Shown: one piece after another, positions 30,197 to 39,145 of the stretch
Layout of the letters: every line of letters starts with the position of its first letter
Numbering within the stretch: position 1 is the stretch's first letter
Assembly: GCA_018303725.1 (NCBI GenBank)
Contig: JAGVXP010000050.1
Location: 13,579 to 77,578, forward strand
Length of the DNA stretch: 64,000 nucleotides
Source of the DNA: Candidatus Woesearchaeota archaeon
GTDB taxonomy: Archaea > Nanobdellota > Nanobdellia > Woesearchaeales > JAGVXP01
Direction of reading: 5' to 3'
Made by a program: the position numbers and the translations under genes
The notes under the pieces: generated by a model
Databases searched by the model: none
The model's input: only the letters and a program-made list of their open reading frames with translations
Told to the model about the DNA's origin: nothing

Positions 30197-31168
30197 ATGG
30201 ATATTAAACTAATTTTAATGGTAATATCTCTTTTATTTTTGATAGGGTGTAAAGGAGGAACACAAGGACCTATAACTACAGTAGACATATACAAAGGTGT
30301 TGATGGTTTAAAAATGAATTTCCTAAAAAATGCTCCTTCTGACGAGGTTTTTGAAAACTCAGTTATGCCTGTGTATATAGAATTAAGAAATGAGGGGGCA
30401 TATAATATTGTGATGGGTTATTTGACTGTCAGTTTGGAAGAGGATTATATGGAAATAACAAATTGGCCGATAAAAAAGCCGATTACAGGTATTGTTTCGG
30501 ACAACCAGCTGGTTTTTGATTTAAAGGGAAAATCCAAGGTTAGTATAGAAGGGGAGCAGGGAATTGTGAGTTTAACAGCAAACACAAAAGCCATAGATGA
30601 GTTAAGCGAGAAACACACATCAACAATATTGGCTAGTGCCTGTTACGAATATGAAACCAAATTAAGCCAGACCGTGTGTATCGACACAGATGTATATAAC
30701 CTAAGAGAAACTGAAAAAGCATGTGAAGTTAAGGATATAAGCTTAACATCGCAGGGAGCGCCAGTTGCAATAACCAAGATAGAGACAGAGATGCTTCCTC
30801 ATCAAGATGTAGCTAAGATAAGGCCTCATTTTGTTATTTATGTGAGAAATAAAGGGAATGGCGAAGTGATTGACAGAGGTTATGTTGCAGAAGCGTGCTC
30901 TTCAGCTAAAATTAGCAAGGACAAATACAATGTTGTGGCTATAACCGCATTTTTATCAAATAAGCAGCTTGATTGTGACGTAACTGAAAGCGATATGATA
31001 GGCTACTTAAAACTAAAGGATAAGGAAGACACAATAAGGTGTGTTTTAGAGGAGGGTATTGAAGAGAGGGAAGGAACATACTCAACACCATTAAATATTG
31101 AACTGGATTATGGCTACACAGTCAGCATAGCAAAAGACATTGAAATAAAAAAAATAAGGAAGTATTAA
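30197..31168 (+). CDS. Secreted lipoprotein-like protein, paralog 1 of 3
   Basis: Signal peptide plus lipobox-like LIGC. Motifs shared with the two downstream paralogs: SQGAPVAITKIE, TPLNIELDYGYT. Confidence 0.45.
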   Translation: MDIKLILMVISLLFLIGCKGGTQGPITTVDIYKGVDGLKMNFLKNAPSDEVFENSVMPVYIELRNEGAYNIVMGYLTVSLEEDYMEITNWPIKKPITGIVSDNQLVFDLKGKSKVSIEGEQGIVSLTANTKAIDELSEKHTSTILASACYEYETKLSQTVCIDTDVYNLRETEKACEVKDISLTSQGAPVAITKIETEMLPHQDVAKIRPHFVIYVRNKGNGEVIDRGYVAEACSSAKISKDKYNVVAITAFLSNKQLDCDVTESDMIGYLKLKDKEDTIRCVLEEGIEEREGTYSTPLNIELDYGYTVSIAKDIEIKKIRKY

Positions 31169-31275
31169 TTCTTCATATGCTGTTTTAATCAAAAGATTTA
31201 TACGGGGGAAGGGGGTTTACATTTTCTGTGTATAAAACTCTTAGAAACAAAGAAATTCCGAAAGAATTTCTGGTT

Positions 31276-31299
31276 CCAGAAATGCAAAGCATTTCTCGG
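31276..31299. promoter_or_regulatory. Palindromic operator-like site CCAGAAATGCAAAGCATTTCTCGG upstream of lipoprotein paralog 2
   Basis: Inverted repeat about 60 nt upstream of the 31355 ATG, between two AAAGATTTATA boxes. The 20-nt core CAGAAATGCAAAGCATTTCT is identical to the site at 53356-53375. Confidence 0.45.
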
Positions 31300-31354
31300 A
31301 ATCTCCGATTTCCCAAAAGATTTATATATAAAAGATATCCAGTAGTAATTAAAA

Positions 31355-32311
31355 ATGAACAGGAAATTAACGATAGTTATAGGTGTTGCTATAATTCTGA
31401 TATTTATTTTTGGTTGCGGCACCGGTAAAAGGGACAGGCCAGGAGAAGGAGATTATGATTATAGAACCGGTTCAAATGGGCTTACATTAAATTTTCCTGT
31501 TGGAACAATAACACAGGCCTTTGAAAATGACCCAGAAGTAAAAATGGTGGTTGAAGTAAGAAATGAAGGCGCATTTCCCCAGTTTGATGAAACAGGCCTT
31601 AACGGCAGGATATGGGTAGGGGGTTTCGATCCTAACATAATCGATTTGAGGCCTGAAACTGACTTATTGGATGAAGAAGAGCTAGAGGGAAGAAGCCAGT
31701 ATAACAGACAGGGGGGTTATAGCGGAATTGTAATTTCTGGTCCTGTTTATCAGTTTCCTCCTGGAACTACATACTATGACCCCACACTTATGGTCACTGT
31801 TACATATGAGTACAAAACAATAGCAAGCCCAATAGTTTGTATTGACCCCGAACCAAGAAGCACTAATATTAGGGATAAAGTATGTGATATTACTAATTAT
31901 GGCTCAGTAAGCATTAGTTCAAGTCAAGGAGCTCCAGTTGCTGTTACAAGAATGGAGGAAGATGCAACACATGATGCAATCTTATTTAAAATATACATAC
32001 AGAATGTTGGAGGGGGTTTAATAATTAATGAAAATGATGTTGATAAAAACCCAAATAGCGGCTATGATTGGGATGAATTAAATAAAGTCCGAATAGCTGA
32101 TATAAGTGTAGGCAATAGAAGGGTCACTCAATGCAGGCCCGATATAGGCGAATTTGTTGATTTGCTTAATAACGAAGGGTTTATATTCTGCAAATTCTCA
32201 ACAGCCGGACTAAGTTCAGTTTATACAACCCCATTAAACATAGAACTCGAGTATGCTTATGCAAATTCAATTGAAAGAAGAATTGAAATCTTTGAAGAAG
32301 TAGAATATTAA
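31355..32311 (+). CDS. Secreted lipoprotein-like protein, paralog 2 of 3
   Basis: Signal peptide plus FGCG lipobox. SSQGAPVAVTRMEE, TPLNIELEYAYA. Has its own TATA-like promoter (TTTATATATAAAAG). Confidence 0.45.
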   Translation: MNRKLTIVIGVAIILIFIFGCGTGKRDRPGEGDYDYRTGSNGLTLNFPVGTITQAFENDPEVKMVVEVRNEGAFPQFDETGLNGRIWVGGFDPNIIDLRPETDLLDEEELEGRSQYNRQGGYSGIVISGPVYQFPPGTTYYDPTLMVTVTYEYKTIASPIVCIDPEPRSTNIRDKVCDITNYGSVSISSSQGAPVAVTRMEEDATHDAILFKIYIQNVGGGLIINENDVDKNPNSGYDWDELNKVRIADISVGNRRVTQCRPDIGEFVDLLNNEGFIFCKFSTAGLSSVYTTPLNIELEYAYANSIERRIEIFEEVEY

Positions 32312-32325
32312 AGGAGGTTAAAAAA

Positions 32326-33264
32326 ATGATAAAAAAGTATTTGGTTGCAATATCCCTGATTGGCTTGTTTTTTTTTGCTGTTGGGTGTAACGAACAAACA
32401 ACAGATTCTAAAGATGAAACACCATTTGTTGGTGGGACTGCTGGACTTTTGATAGATTTTGTTGAAGACAGCCCGCCAGCAGAAGTTACAGATGGCGGAA
32501 ATTTCCCTTTTGATGTAGTTGTCAAATTAGAGAATGATGGAGAGCACTTTGTAGCAAAAGAGGATGTTGTATTAAAAATTACAGGTATCGACCCAGCTGA
32601 ATTTGGCAGAACTGCGTCTGATTTAACAAAAAACCCGGATGAAGACCTAGAGGAAACAAAGAAAGACGCTGAAGGGAATATAATTGACGGAACAATAACC
32701 TTTGTTGAATTCCAAAATTTCAATTATTTGAATAACTTAAGCGGAAACACGCCATTTACCTTCAAAGTTGATGTTTGCTATAAATACGGAACAACTGTTA
32801 ATGCCAAGTTATGTGTATTAAAAGACCTGTTGAAGCCGGAAGAGAGCGATGTTTGTAAAGTGAATGAAGCTAAAACTGCCTACAATTCTGGCGCACCTGT
32901 GCAGATAACATCGTTTGAAGAGATGGTGAGGGGAAGCGACAAAGTAGCATTCAGCTTTAAGATAGAGCATAAGGGAAACGGGGAGATATTCAAGGAGGAT
33001 ACAGATTGTGATTCTGGGATAAGGACAGACGAGGACAAGGTGTTTGTAAATGTTAATACAAACATGACTGGTTTAAGTTGCTCTGGTTTAAGCAATGGAA
33101 CAAGCGGTTATGTAAACCTGTATAGTAATGATAGGACAATCATATGTACCCAGGATCTGTCTGACGTCACTACCGATTTTGAAAAGGTAGCTGTTATAGA
33201 ATTAGTGTATGATTACCAGGAAGACAAACAGAAAGAGGTATTGGTAAAGCACCTTATAAGCTGA
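32326..33264 (+). CDS. Secreted lipoprotein-like protein, paralog 3 of 3
   Basis: Signal peptide plus AVGC lipobox. NSGAPVQITSFEE and the C-terminal VAVIELVYDY motif are shared with paralogs 1 and 2. Confidence 0.45.
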   Translation: MIKKYLVAISLIGLFFFAVGCNEQTTDSKDETPFVGGTAGLLIDFVEDSPPAEVTDGGNFPFDVVVKLENDGEHFVAKEDVVLKITGIDPAEFGRTASDLTKNPDEDLEETKKDAEGNIIDGTITFVEFQNFNYLNNLSGNTPFTFKVDVCYKYGTTVNAKLCVLKDLLKPEESDVCKVNEAKTAYNSGAPVQITSFEEMVRGSDKVAFSFKIEHKGNGEIFKEDTDCDSGIRTDEDKVFVNVNTNMTGLSCSGLSNGTSGYVNLYSNDRTIICTQDLSDVTTDFEKVAVIELVYDYQEDKQKEVLVKHLIS

Positions 33265-33265
33265 T

Positions 33266-34228
33266 TTAGTTTATTCCTGCCAATGTTATTTGGCTTAGCA
33301 AAGCCTCTAACTGTATAAACTCGTCGCTTCCCTCAGTCATTCTAAACTCTATCTCGCCGCATTTCTCTATAAGTTCCATCTTCTTCCTGTTGTCAATGTC
33401 TAAATTCAGAATTTCTTTTTGGATTTGTTTTATTATATCCAGTCCTGACAAGCCGTAATTAAGCATTACATCCAATAATTTTTTTCTTGATTCAACAAAC
33501 TTGTTCTGCAAAGCAAGCTTCAAAACCTCATCCACCTCTTTCGGATGCGCCATAGAAGCCAAAGAGTATATAATCTCTTCAGTTATATGTTTCTCAATTG
33601 CCGCGGAGCTTTGTAATATATTTTCAACCCTCCTGCAATCACCTTCCGATATTTCATATAGGGCTTCCTTTGCTTTGTCATTTACTTTCAATTTTTCTTC
33701 TTTAGAAACATGCTCTATAATTGAGAGTATCTCCTTTTTGTCTAATGGTTTAAATCTAAAAACAACACATCTGCTTTGAATTGGTTCAACTATCTTAGAG
33801 CTGTAATTACAGGCTAAAATAAACCTGCAGGTTTGTGTATAGTTCTCCATTGTCCTTCTTAAAGCCTGCTGCGCTTCTTTTGTCAGGGCATCACATTCAT
33901 CCAAATAAATAATCTTAAAAGGAACATCTCCTATTGCCCTCGTCCTTGCAAAATCCTTAACTTTAACCCTTATTATATCAATTCCCCTTTCATCGCTTGC
34001 ATTTAACTCCAAAAAATTCTGATGCCATGCATCTTTGAATAATTTCCTTGCTATGATTAATGCCAAAGAAGTTTTACCAGTGCCAGCAGGACCCGCAAAC
34101 AATAAATGAGGCATATTTTCCTGTTTAACAAATGCCTCTACTCTTTTTACTATTTCTTTTTGCCCCTTCAACTCAGAAAAATCTTTTGGCCTGTATTTTT
34201 CAATCCAAATTGCATTATCTTCAGTCAT
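33266..34228 (-). CDS. rfcS: Replication factor C small subunit
   Basis: WIEKYRPKDFSELKGQKEIVKRV...LLFAGPAGTGKTS, DECD, SRC motif (QSRCVVFRF). Confidence 0.9.
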   Translation of the reverse strand: MTEDNAIWIEKYRPKDFSELKGQKEIVKRVEAFVKQENMPHLLFAGPAGTGKTSLALIIARKLFKDAWHQNFLELNASDERGIDIIRVKVKDFARTRAIGDVPFKIIYLDECDALTKEAQQALRRTMENYTQTCRFILACNYSSKIVEPIQSRCVVFRFKPLDKKEILSIIEHVSKEEKLKVNDKAKEALYEISEGDCRRVENILQSSAAIEKHITEEIIYSLASMAHPKEVDEVLKLALQNKFVESRKKLLDVMLNYGLSGLDIIKQIQKEILNLDIDNRKKMELIEKCGEIEFRMTEGSDEFIQLEALLSQITLAGIN

Positions 34229-34264
34229 CAGGAAAATAGAAATGCTACTAGTTTAAATAATTAA

Positions 34265-34528
34265 CTAAATAATATCCTCTTCAGCAATAACCATAAAATC
34301 CCCAACAGCAATTACAGCTGAAAATGGTATCAGAATCTTGCCTTCCTTGTTCTTCTCCAGCTCTAATTTTTCAGTGTATGATGTTGGGTTAGTCAGAACC
34401 ATGTGAATTAGCTCACCAGACCTGGTTTCAAATATGATGTCGCCTACCTCGCCAAACCTCTTACCCGTTTTAGAAACAACAGTTTTACCTATAAGTTGTT
34501 TTGAAAATTTTTTATCTTCTTCAGCCAT
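34265..34528 (-). CDS. PRC-barrel domain protein
   Basis: 87 aa with the GKTVVSKTGKRFGEVGDIIFETRSGEL pattern typical of PRC barrels. Confidence 0.55.
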   Translation of the reverse strand: MAEEDKKFSKQLIGKTVVSKTGKRFGEVGDIIFETRSGELIHMVLTNPTSYTEKLELEKNKEGKILIPFSAVIAVGDFMVIAEEDII

Positions 34529-34562
34529 ATTATACCCCTCTTTAATTAAATAACTGAATAAT

Positions 34563-35507
34563 TTAAGTTATATTTAAATCTTTTGTTTTGTTATTCTTTT
34601 TTCCATTATTGAGTAGTTCATTGAGCAGCTTCTTATCATAGCACGTATCCCTTACCCCACAGCCAGCGCATTTATTGGGATTGTCTGTAAAATCAGGTAT
34701 CTCTTCACTATCCAATATAGACTGTGTTTTTTTGATCAGCTCCTTTACATCATCTTTCAAGAAGGGGTTTATTGGGACATGCCTTCTCTCCTGGCTGTCT
34801 AGGTAATTGACAAAGCCCTCTTTTACAGGTATTTTGAAGTGCTCCTCTAACAGCAAAGCATAAGCGCCTAACTGTATCTTATGGTTCTCCCATACATCTT
34901 CTTTAGGTGCTTTTCCTGTTTTAAGCTCAACTGGCACAAAACCTGCTTCATATATCTCAATTTGGTCTATAACACCTTTAAGCTGCAATGAAGGCGCTTC
35001 TATCCTGTACTCTGATTTTATTTTGGGTGTTAATTTTTCCCATAGCTCTCTTCCATAAACCAAATGCATCTCCATAAAGCTATGAATGTTTAAGGCTCTT
35101 GACTCTGATTCTTTAAGAATTAAAGGCCATATCTTTTTAAAAATAGCACCTAAGTCCAGATTTAGCTTTTCCAGTAATTCCTTATTTTTCCTTATAGAAT
35201 CCCTCAATATCTCGCTAAACTCTTTCCTATACAGCTCTTTAATGTCCTTTAAACTCCTCTTTTCAGTTATTGAGCAGACTATGGGCCCTTCCTTATTAGT
35301 TATACCCTCATAGGTGTCATGCCTTACAGTGCCTAATACCATTGGGGCTTTGGGCGGCTCTCTGATACCAAGGACACAGCTTAGAAAAAGCTTTCTCTGA
35401 CAGTAAAGGTAAGAGGTTATAGTTGTGACTGAAATCATAAGTTTTGGTTTTATTTGCCCCTTTATATATCTTATGCGCATATGTCCAGTGGTGGTGCATT
35501 TAACCAA
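34563..35507 (-). CDS. Cas4-like / DUF83 RecB-family PD-(D/E)xK nuclease with Fe-S cysteine cluster (stand-alone)
   Basis: N-terminal TSYLYCQRK Cys, GVIDQIE (motif II), PVELKTGK (motif III), QLGAYALL (QhxxY), and C-terminal CAGCGVRDTC. No CRISPR array in the window. Confidence 0.7.
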   Translation of the reverse strand: MVKCTTTGHMRIRYIKGQIKPKLMISVTTITSYLYCQRKLFLSCVLGIREPPKAPMVLGTVRHDTYEGITNKEGPIVCSITEKRSLKDIKELYRKEFSEILRDSIRKNKELLEKLNLDLGAIFKKIWPLILKESESRALNIHSFMEMHLVYGRELWEKLTPKIKSEYRIEAPSLQLKGVIDQIEIYEAGFVPVELKTGKAPKEDVWENHKIQLGAYALLLEEHFKIPVKEGFVNYLDSQERRHVPINPFLKDDVKELIKKTQSILDSEEIPDFTDNPNKCAGCGVRDTCYDKKLLNELLNNGKKNNKTKDLNIT

Positions 35508-35542
35508 TAATTTTATAAATAACGCTTAAGTCCCTTATTAGT

Positions 35543-35752
35543 ATGGGTTCAAGATATTTTTCAAAAAGGACAGAATTCAAAAATATGAAGATGGCAAAGC
35601 AAAGAAGGCCTAGGCATAGGCCTAAATCCTTTAAAACAGAAGCAGCAGCAAAGAAATGGGTGGAAGCTAATAAAATAACTAAGTATACCTTAAGAAATTT
35701 AAAGAGTTCTGAAAGCAAAAGCAAGAAGATTGTGGTTGTTCTTAGTAAATAA
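35543..35752 (+). CDS. Small basic protein, unknown
   Basis: 69-aa (or 54 aa from MKMAKQRRPRHRP) lysine/arginine-rich ORF upstream of tyrS. No recognisable family. Confidence 0.25.
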   Translation: MGSRYFSKRTEFKNMKMAKQRRPRHRPKSFKTEAAAKKWVEANKITKYTLRNLKSSESKSKKIVVVLSK

Positions 35753-35792
35753 ACACCAAAATTTAAATACTAAAAACATTTCTTATTCATTT

Positions 35793-36857
35793 ATGGACAG
35801 GCTGGAATTAATCAAGCAAGTAGGAGAAGAGATTATTACAGAAGAAGAACTAAAAGAATTGTTGCAGAAAAAGAAAACCCCCGTTGCTTATGACGGCTTT
35901 GAGCCAAGCGGAAATGTCCATATCGCACAAGGTATTCTAAGGGCAATAAACATTAATAAGATGATTAAAGCTGGCTGCAAGTTCAAGATATTGATAGCTG
36001 ACTGGCATGCCTGGGCTAATAACAAGTTAGGTGGAAATTTAGATAACATACAAACTGCAGGCAAATATTTTATTGAAGTCTGGAAAGCGGTTGATGTTGA
36101 CCTTTCTAAGGTGGAATTTATATGGGCTTCTGAGCTGGTAAAGGATGATAGTTATTGGGCAAAGGTAATGCGGGTGGCAAGGCACAGCACTGTTAACAGG
36201 ATTGTCAGGTGCAGCCAGATAATGGGAAGGGATGAAAAAGAAGCATTGCAGGCATCTCAAATCTTATATCCATGCATGCAAGCAGCTGATATATTTCATT
36301 TGAATGTTGATATCACCCAGCTTGGCTTGGACCAGAGAAAGGTGAATGTGCTGGCAAGAGAACTTGGCCCTAAACTAGGCTATTGGAAGCCTGTTGCTGT
36401 CCACCACCATATGTTGATGGGTTTGGGGCAGCCGCCAAAATCGGAATTGGGTGGAGCTGAGCGCGCAATAGAGTTGAAAATGTCAAAATCAAAGCCTGAC
36501 ACAGCAATATTCATGACAGATTCCGAAGAAGATATCAAAAGAAAAATACAAAAAGCTTATTGCCCTGAAAAAGAGATAGAGGAAAACCCAATAATAGAGT
36601 ATTGTAAATATATTATTTTTGAAAAAATTAAAGAGTTAAAGATAGAAAGGCCCGCTAAGTTTGGCGGTGATTTGACAATAAGGGATTTTGATGAATTATC
36701 AGCTATCTACACCAAAGGAGAACTTCATCCAATGGACCTTAAACAAGCTGTTGCCAAGGAAATAAACAGGCTTTTAGAGCCTGTAAGAAAACATTTTGAA
36801 AAAGGAAAGGCCAAAGAATTATTAAGCAAGGTAAACAGCTTGGAAGTTACACGTTAA
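35793..36857 (+). CDS. tyrS: Tyrosyl-tRNA synthetase (archaeal type)
   Basis: AYDGFEPSGNVHIAQGI (HIGH region), KMSKSKP (KMSKS). Start taken at ATG 35793 (MDRLELI). Confidence 0.9.
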   Translation: MDRLELIKQVGEEIITEEELKELLQKKKTPVAYDGFEPSGNVHIAQGILRAININKMIKAGCKFKILIADWHAWANNKLGGNLDNIQTAGKYFIEVWKAVDVDLSKVEFIWASELVKDDSYWAKVMRVARHSTVNRIVRCSQIMGRDEKEALQASQILYPCMQAADIFHLNVDITQLGLDQRKVNVLARELGPKLGYWKPVAVHHHMLMGLGQPPKSELGGAERAIELKMSKSKPDTAIFMTDSEEDIKRKIQKAYCPEKEIEENPIIEYCKYIIFEKIKELKIERPAKFGGDLTIRDFDELSAIYTKGELHPMDLKQAVAKEINRLLEPVRKHFEKGKAKELLSKVNSLEVTR

Positions 36858-38065
36858 CTCTGCTCAACAACAGCCAAAGCATAGTTCTTTGTTAAATATT
36901 TTTTAGCTGCCGTAATAATATCATTTTTTGTTACTTTTCTGATATTTTTGATATAATCTTTAGCCAAGCCAGCATCCTTAACCTGCTGCCAATATGCATA
37001 CTCATCTGCCAACTCTCTTGTATCTTCATTGTCTAGTATGTACTGCCCTTCTAAAAAACCCTTAGCATCATTTAACTCCTTACTGCTAACATTGTTTAAA
37101 TTCTTAAAAACATCCATGATTATTTTTATTGTAAAATCTATGTTTTTCTTGTCCGTGTTCAAATAAACAGCAAAATAACCATAATCCATAGATGGCTCAT
37201 GAACAACATTGACCTCGTATGCTAAGCCCCTTTTATTCCTAATCTCTTCTATAATCTTACCAGATTGCCCCCTGCCAAGCAGAGCCTTAATCACATCCAA
37301 AACATAACTTTCCTTTTCCTTCCTGGTGGGGGTTTTATAACCTAATACAAGATAAGAGCTCAAAACCTTTCTTTTTTCTTTCCTAATTATTTTTTTGTTT
37401 AAAGGTTCTTTAACCTTCTTTAACTTAGCTATTTTTTTTGATTTGAATTTAAATGCCTCCCCCACCTTGGCCTTAACAGTATCAACATTCCCAACAACCG
37501 ATACAATAATATTGTTTGGCACATAATATTTTTTATAATAATCTAATAAATCTTTTCTGCTGATCTTCTTAACGCTATCTCTATTGCCATAAACAGGGTT
37601 CCTTGCTGGAAACTTCTTGAATAGTGCTTTATTAAACAAAATCCACTGGTAAAACCTTGGCTCGTCATTTACAAGATTTATCTCTTTTAGGATAATGCCC
37701 CTTTCCTTTTCTACTGCCTTCTTACCAAATAGGGGATTTTGTATTATATCGGATAAGATGTCAAGAGCTTTGCCAAAATGCCTTTTTGGAACCTTTACAT
37801 AAAAGCAAGTTCTTTCATTGGAGGTGTAGGCATTAAGCTCACCTCCAAGCTTTTCAATCTCGTTTGCTATTATTGTGGAGTTTTCCCTCTTAGCAGTCCC
37901 TTCAAAGAGCATATGCTCTATAAAGTGGGAAATGCCAAGAACTTTCTTAGCTTCATTGTTGGAGCCTGTTTTGACTATTATTACTATGCTTACTGAGTCT
38001 GTGTTTTTCCTCTCTTCTATCAAGGTTAGCTTATTTTTTAGAATTGTTTTTTTCATTATTAACAA
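36854..38065 (-). CDS. M16-family zinc peptidase (pitrilysin-like)
   Basis: Inverted zincin motif HFIEHMLFEGT...E (HxxEH). Confidence 0.8.
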   Translation of the reverse strand: MLIMKKTILKNKLTLIEERKNTDSVSIVIIVKTGSNNEAKKVLGISHFIEHMLFEGTAKRENSTIIANEIEKLGGELNAYTSNERTCFYVKVPKRHFGKALDILSDIIQNPLFGKKAVEKERGIILKEINLVNDEPRFYQWILFNKALFKKFPARNPVYGNRDSVKKISRKDLLDYYKKYYVPNNIIVSVVGNVDTVKAKVGEAFKFKSKKIAKLKKVKEPLNKKIIRKEKRKVLSSYLVLGYKTPTRKEKESYVLDVIKALLGRGQSGKIIEEIRNKRGLAYEVNVVHEPSMDYGYFAVYLNTDKKNIDFTIKIIMDVFKNLNNVSSKELNDAKGFLEGQYILDNEDTRELADEYAYWQQVKDAGLAKDYIKNIRKVTKNDIITAAKKYLTKNYALAVVEQS

Positions 38066-38095
38066 GATTTAAATATGAGTATTTAATAGTTTTGC

Positions 38096-39145
38096 TTGAT
38101 GAATATCAAAGCTTTCCAAAGTGAATTAAAAAAAAGGAATGTGGACTTTGCATTGTTTTATAATGTTGATTATGACAAAACAAATGCAAATATGTTTTAT
38201 TTTTCTGGTTATAAAGGGATTGGAGCTTTGATAATAACAAAAAACAAAAGATTTCTTATAATTCCTAAAATGGAAATTGGAAGGGTAAAAGGGATAAAGG
38301 CATATATCTGGGACAAAGACCATAGATTATTTGAGTTTGTTAAAAAGAAGGTTAAAGGCAAGGTTATAGGCATTGACAAGAATGTTTTTACATTAAATGC
38401 TTATAAAGAGTTTAAAAAACAGTTTAAAAATGTCAAAACGGTGGATATAAGCAGTATATGTAATAAATTAAGAGCTATAAAAACTAACGAAGAGATTGGA
38501 ATAATAAAAGAAGCATGCAAAATAACAGACAACATACTAAAAAAATGCTTTAGTAATTTTAAAAAGTTTAGAAAAGAAACGGATGTTGCTGCTTTTTTGG
38601 AGAATGAAACAAAAAAATCAGGCTATGAATTGGCTTTTAACCCTGTTGTTGCCTCTGGCAAAAATGCTGCTGTGCCGCACCATGCCCCTGAAAATATTAA
38701 ACTAAAGAAAGGCTTTTGCGTTATTGACTTTGGCATTAAATACAAAGGATACTGCTCTGATGCAACAAGGACAATTTATATTGGCAGGCCCAAGGAGAAG
38801 GAGATAAGGCTGTATAACTTTTTATTAAGAATGCAAAAAGACGCAATAAAGAATGCAAAAATTGGAAAAAAGTGCTCTGATTTGTATAATAAGGTTAACG
38901 AAGATTTAAAGGAATACAAAAAATACTTTACTCATGGATTGGGGCATGGCATTGGCATTGATGTCCATGAGCTGCCAAACCTGACTGAAAAATCGAAAGA
39001 TATATTAAAGAGGGGTATGGCATTTACAATCGAACCGGGAATTTATTTCAAAAACCAGCTTGGCATAAGGATAGAGGATGATATTCTGCTGACAAAAAAA
39101 GCAGAGATTTTGACTAAAACAAAAAAAGGGTTGATGGTTATATGA
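38096..39145 (+). CDS. pepQ: M24-family Xaa-Pro aminopeptidase / prolidase
   Basis: Pita-bread fold metal ligands: DFG...D, HGLGHGIGIDVHE, FTIEPGIY, and a glutamate in the C-terminal region. Confidence 0.8.
   Translation: MMNIKAFQSELKKRNVDFALFYNVDYDKTNANMFYFSGYKGIGALIITKNKRFLIIPKMEIGRVKGIKAYIWDKDHRLFEFVKKKVKGKVIGIDKNVFTLNAYKEFKKQFKNVKTVDISSICNKLRAIKTNEEIGIIKEACKITDNILKKCFSNFKKFRKETDVAAFLENETKKSGYELAFNPVVASGKNAAVPHHAPENIKLKKGFCVIDFGIKYKGYCSDATRTIYIGRPKEKEIRLYNFLLRMQKDAIKNAKIGKKCSDLYNKVNEDLKEYKKYFTHGLGHGIGIDVHELPNLTEKSKDILKRGMAFTIEPGIYFKNQLGIRIEDDILLTKKAEILTKTKKGLMVI

Noticed and set aside
35543-35752. Assigning the 69-aa basic ORF to a ribosomal protein family (L40e, S25e, S30e considered)
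   Set aside because: No zinc-ribbon Cys pattern or family-specific motif matches. It is kept as a low-confidence hypothetical.
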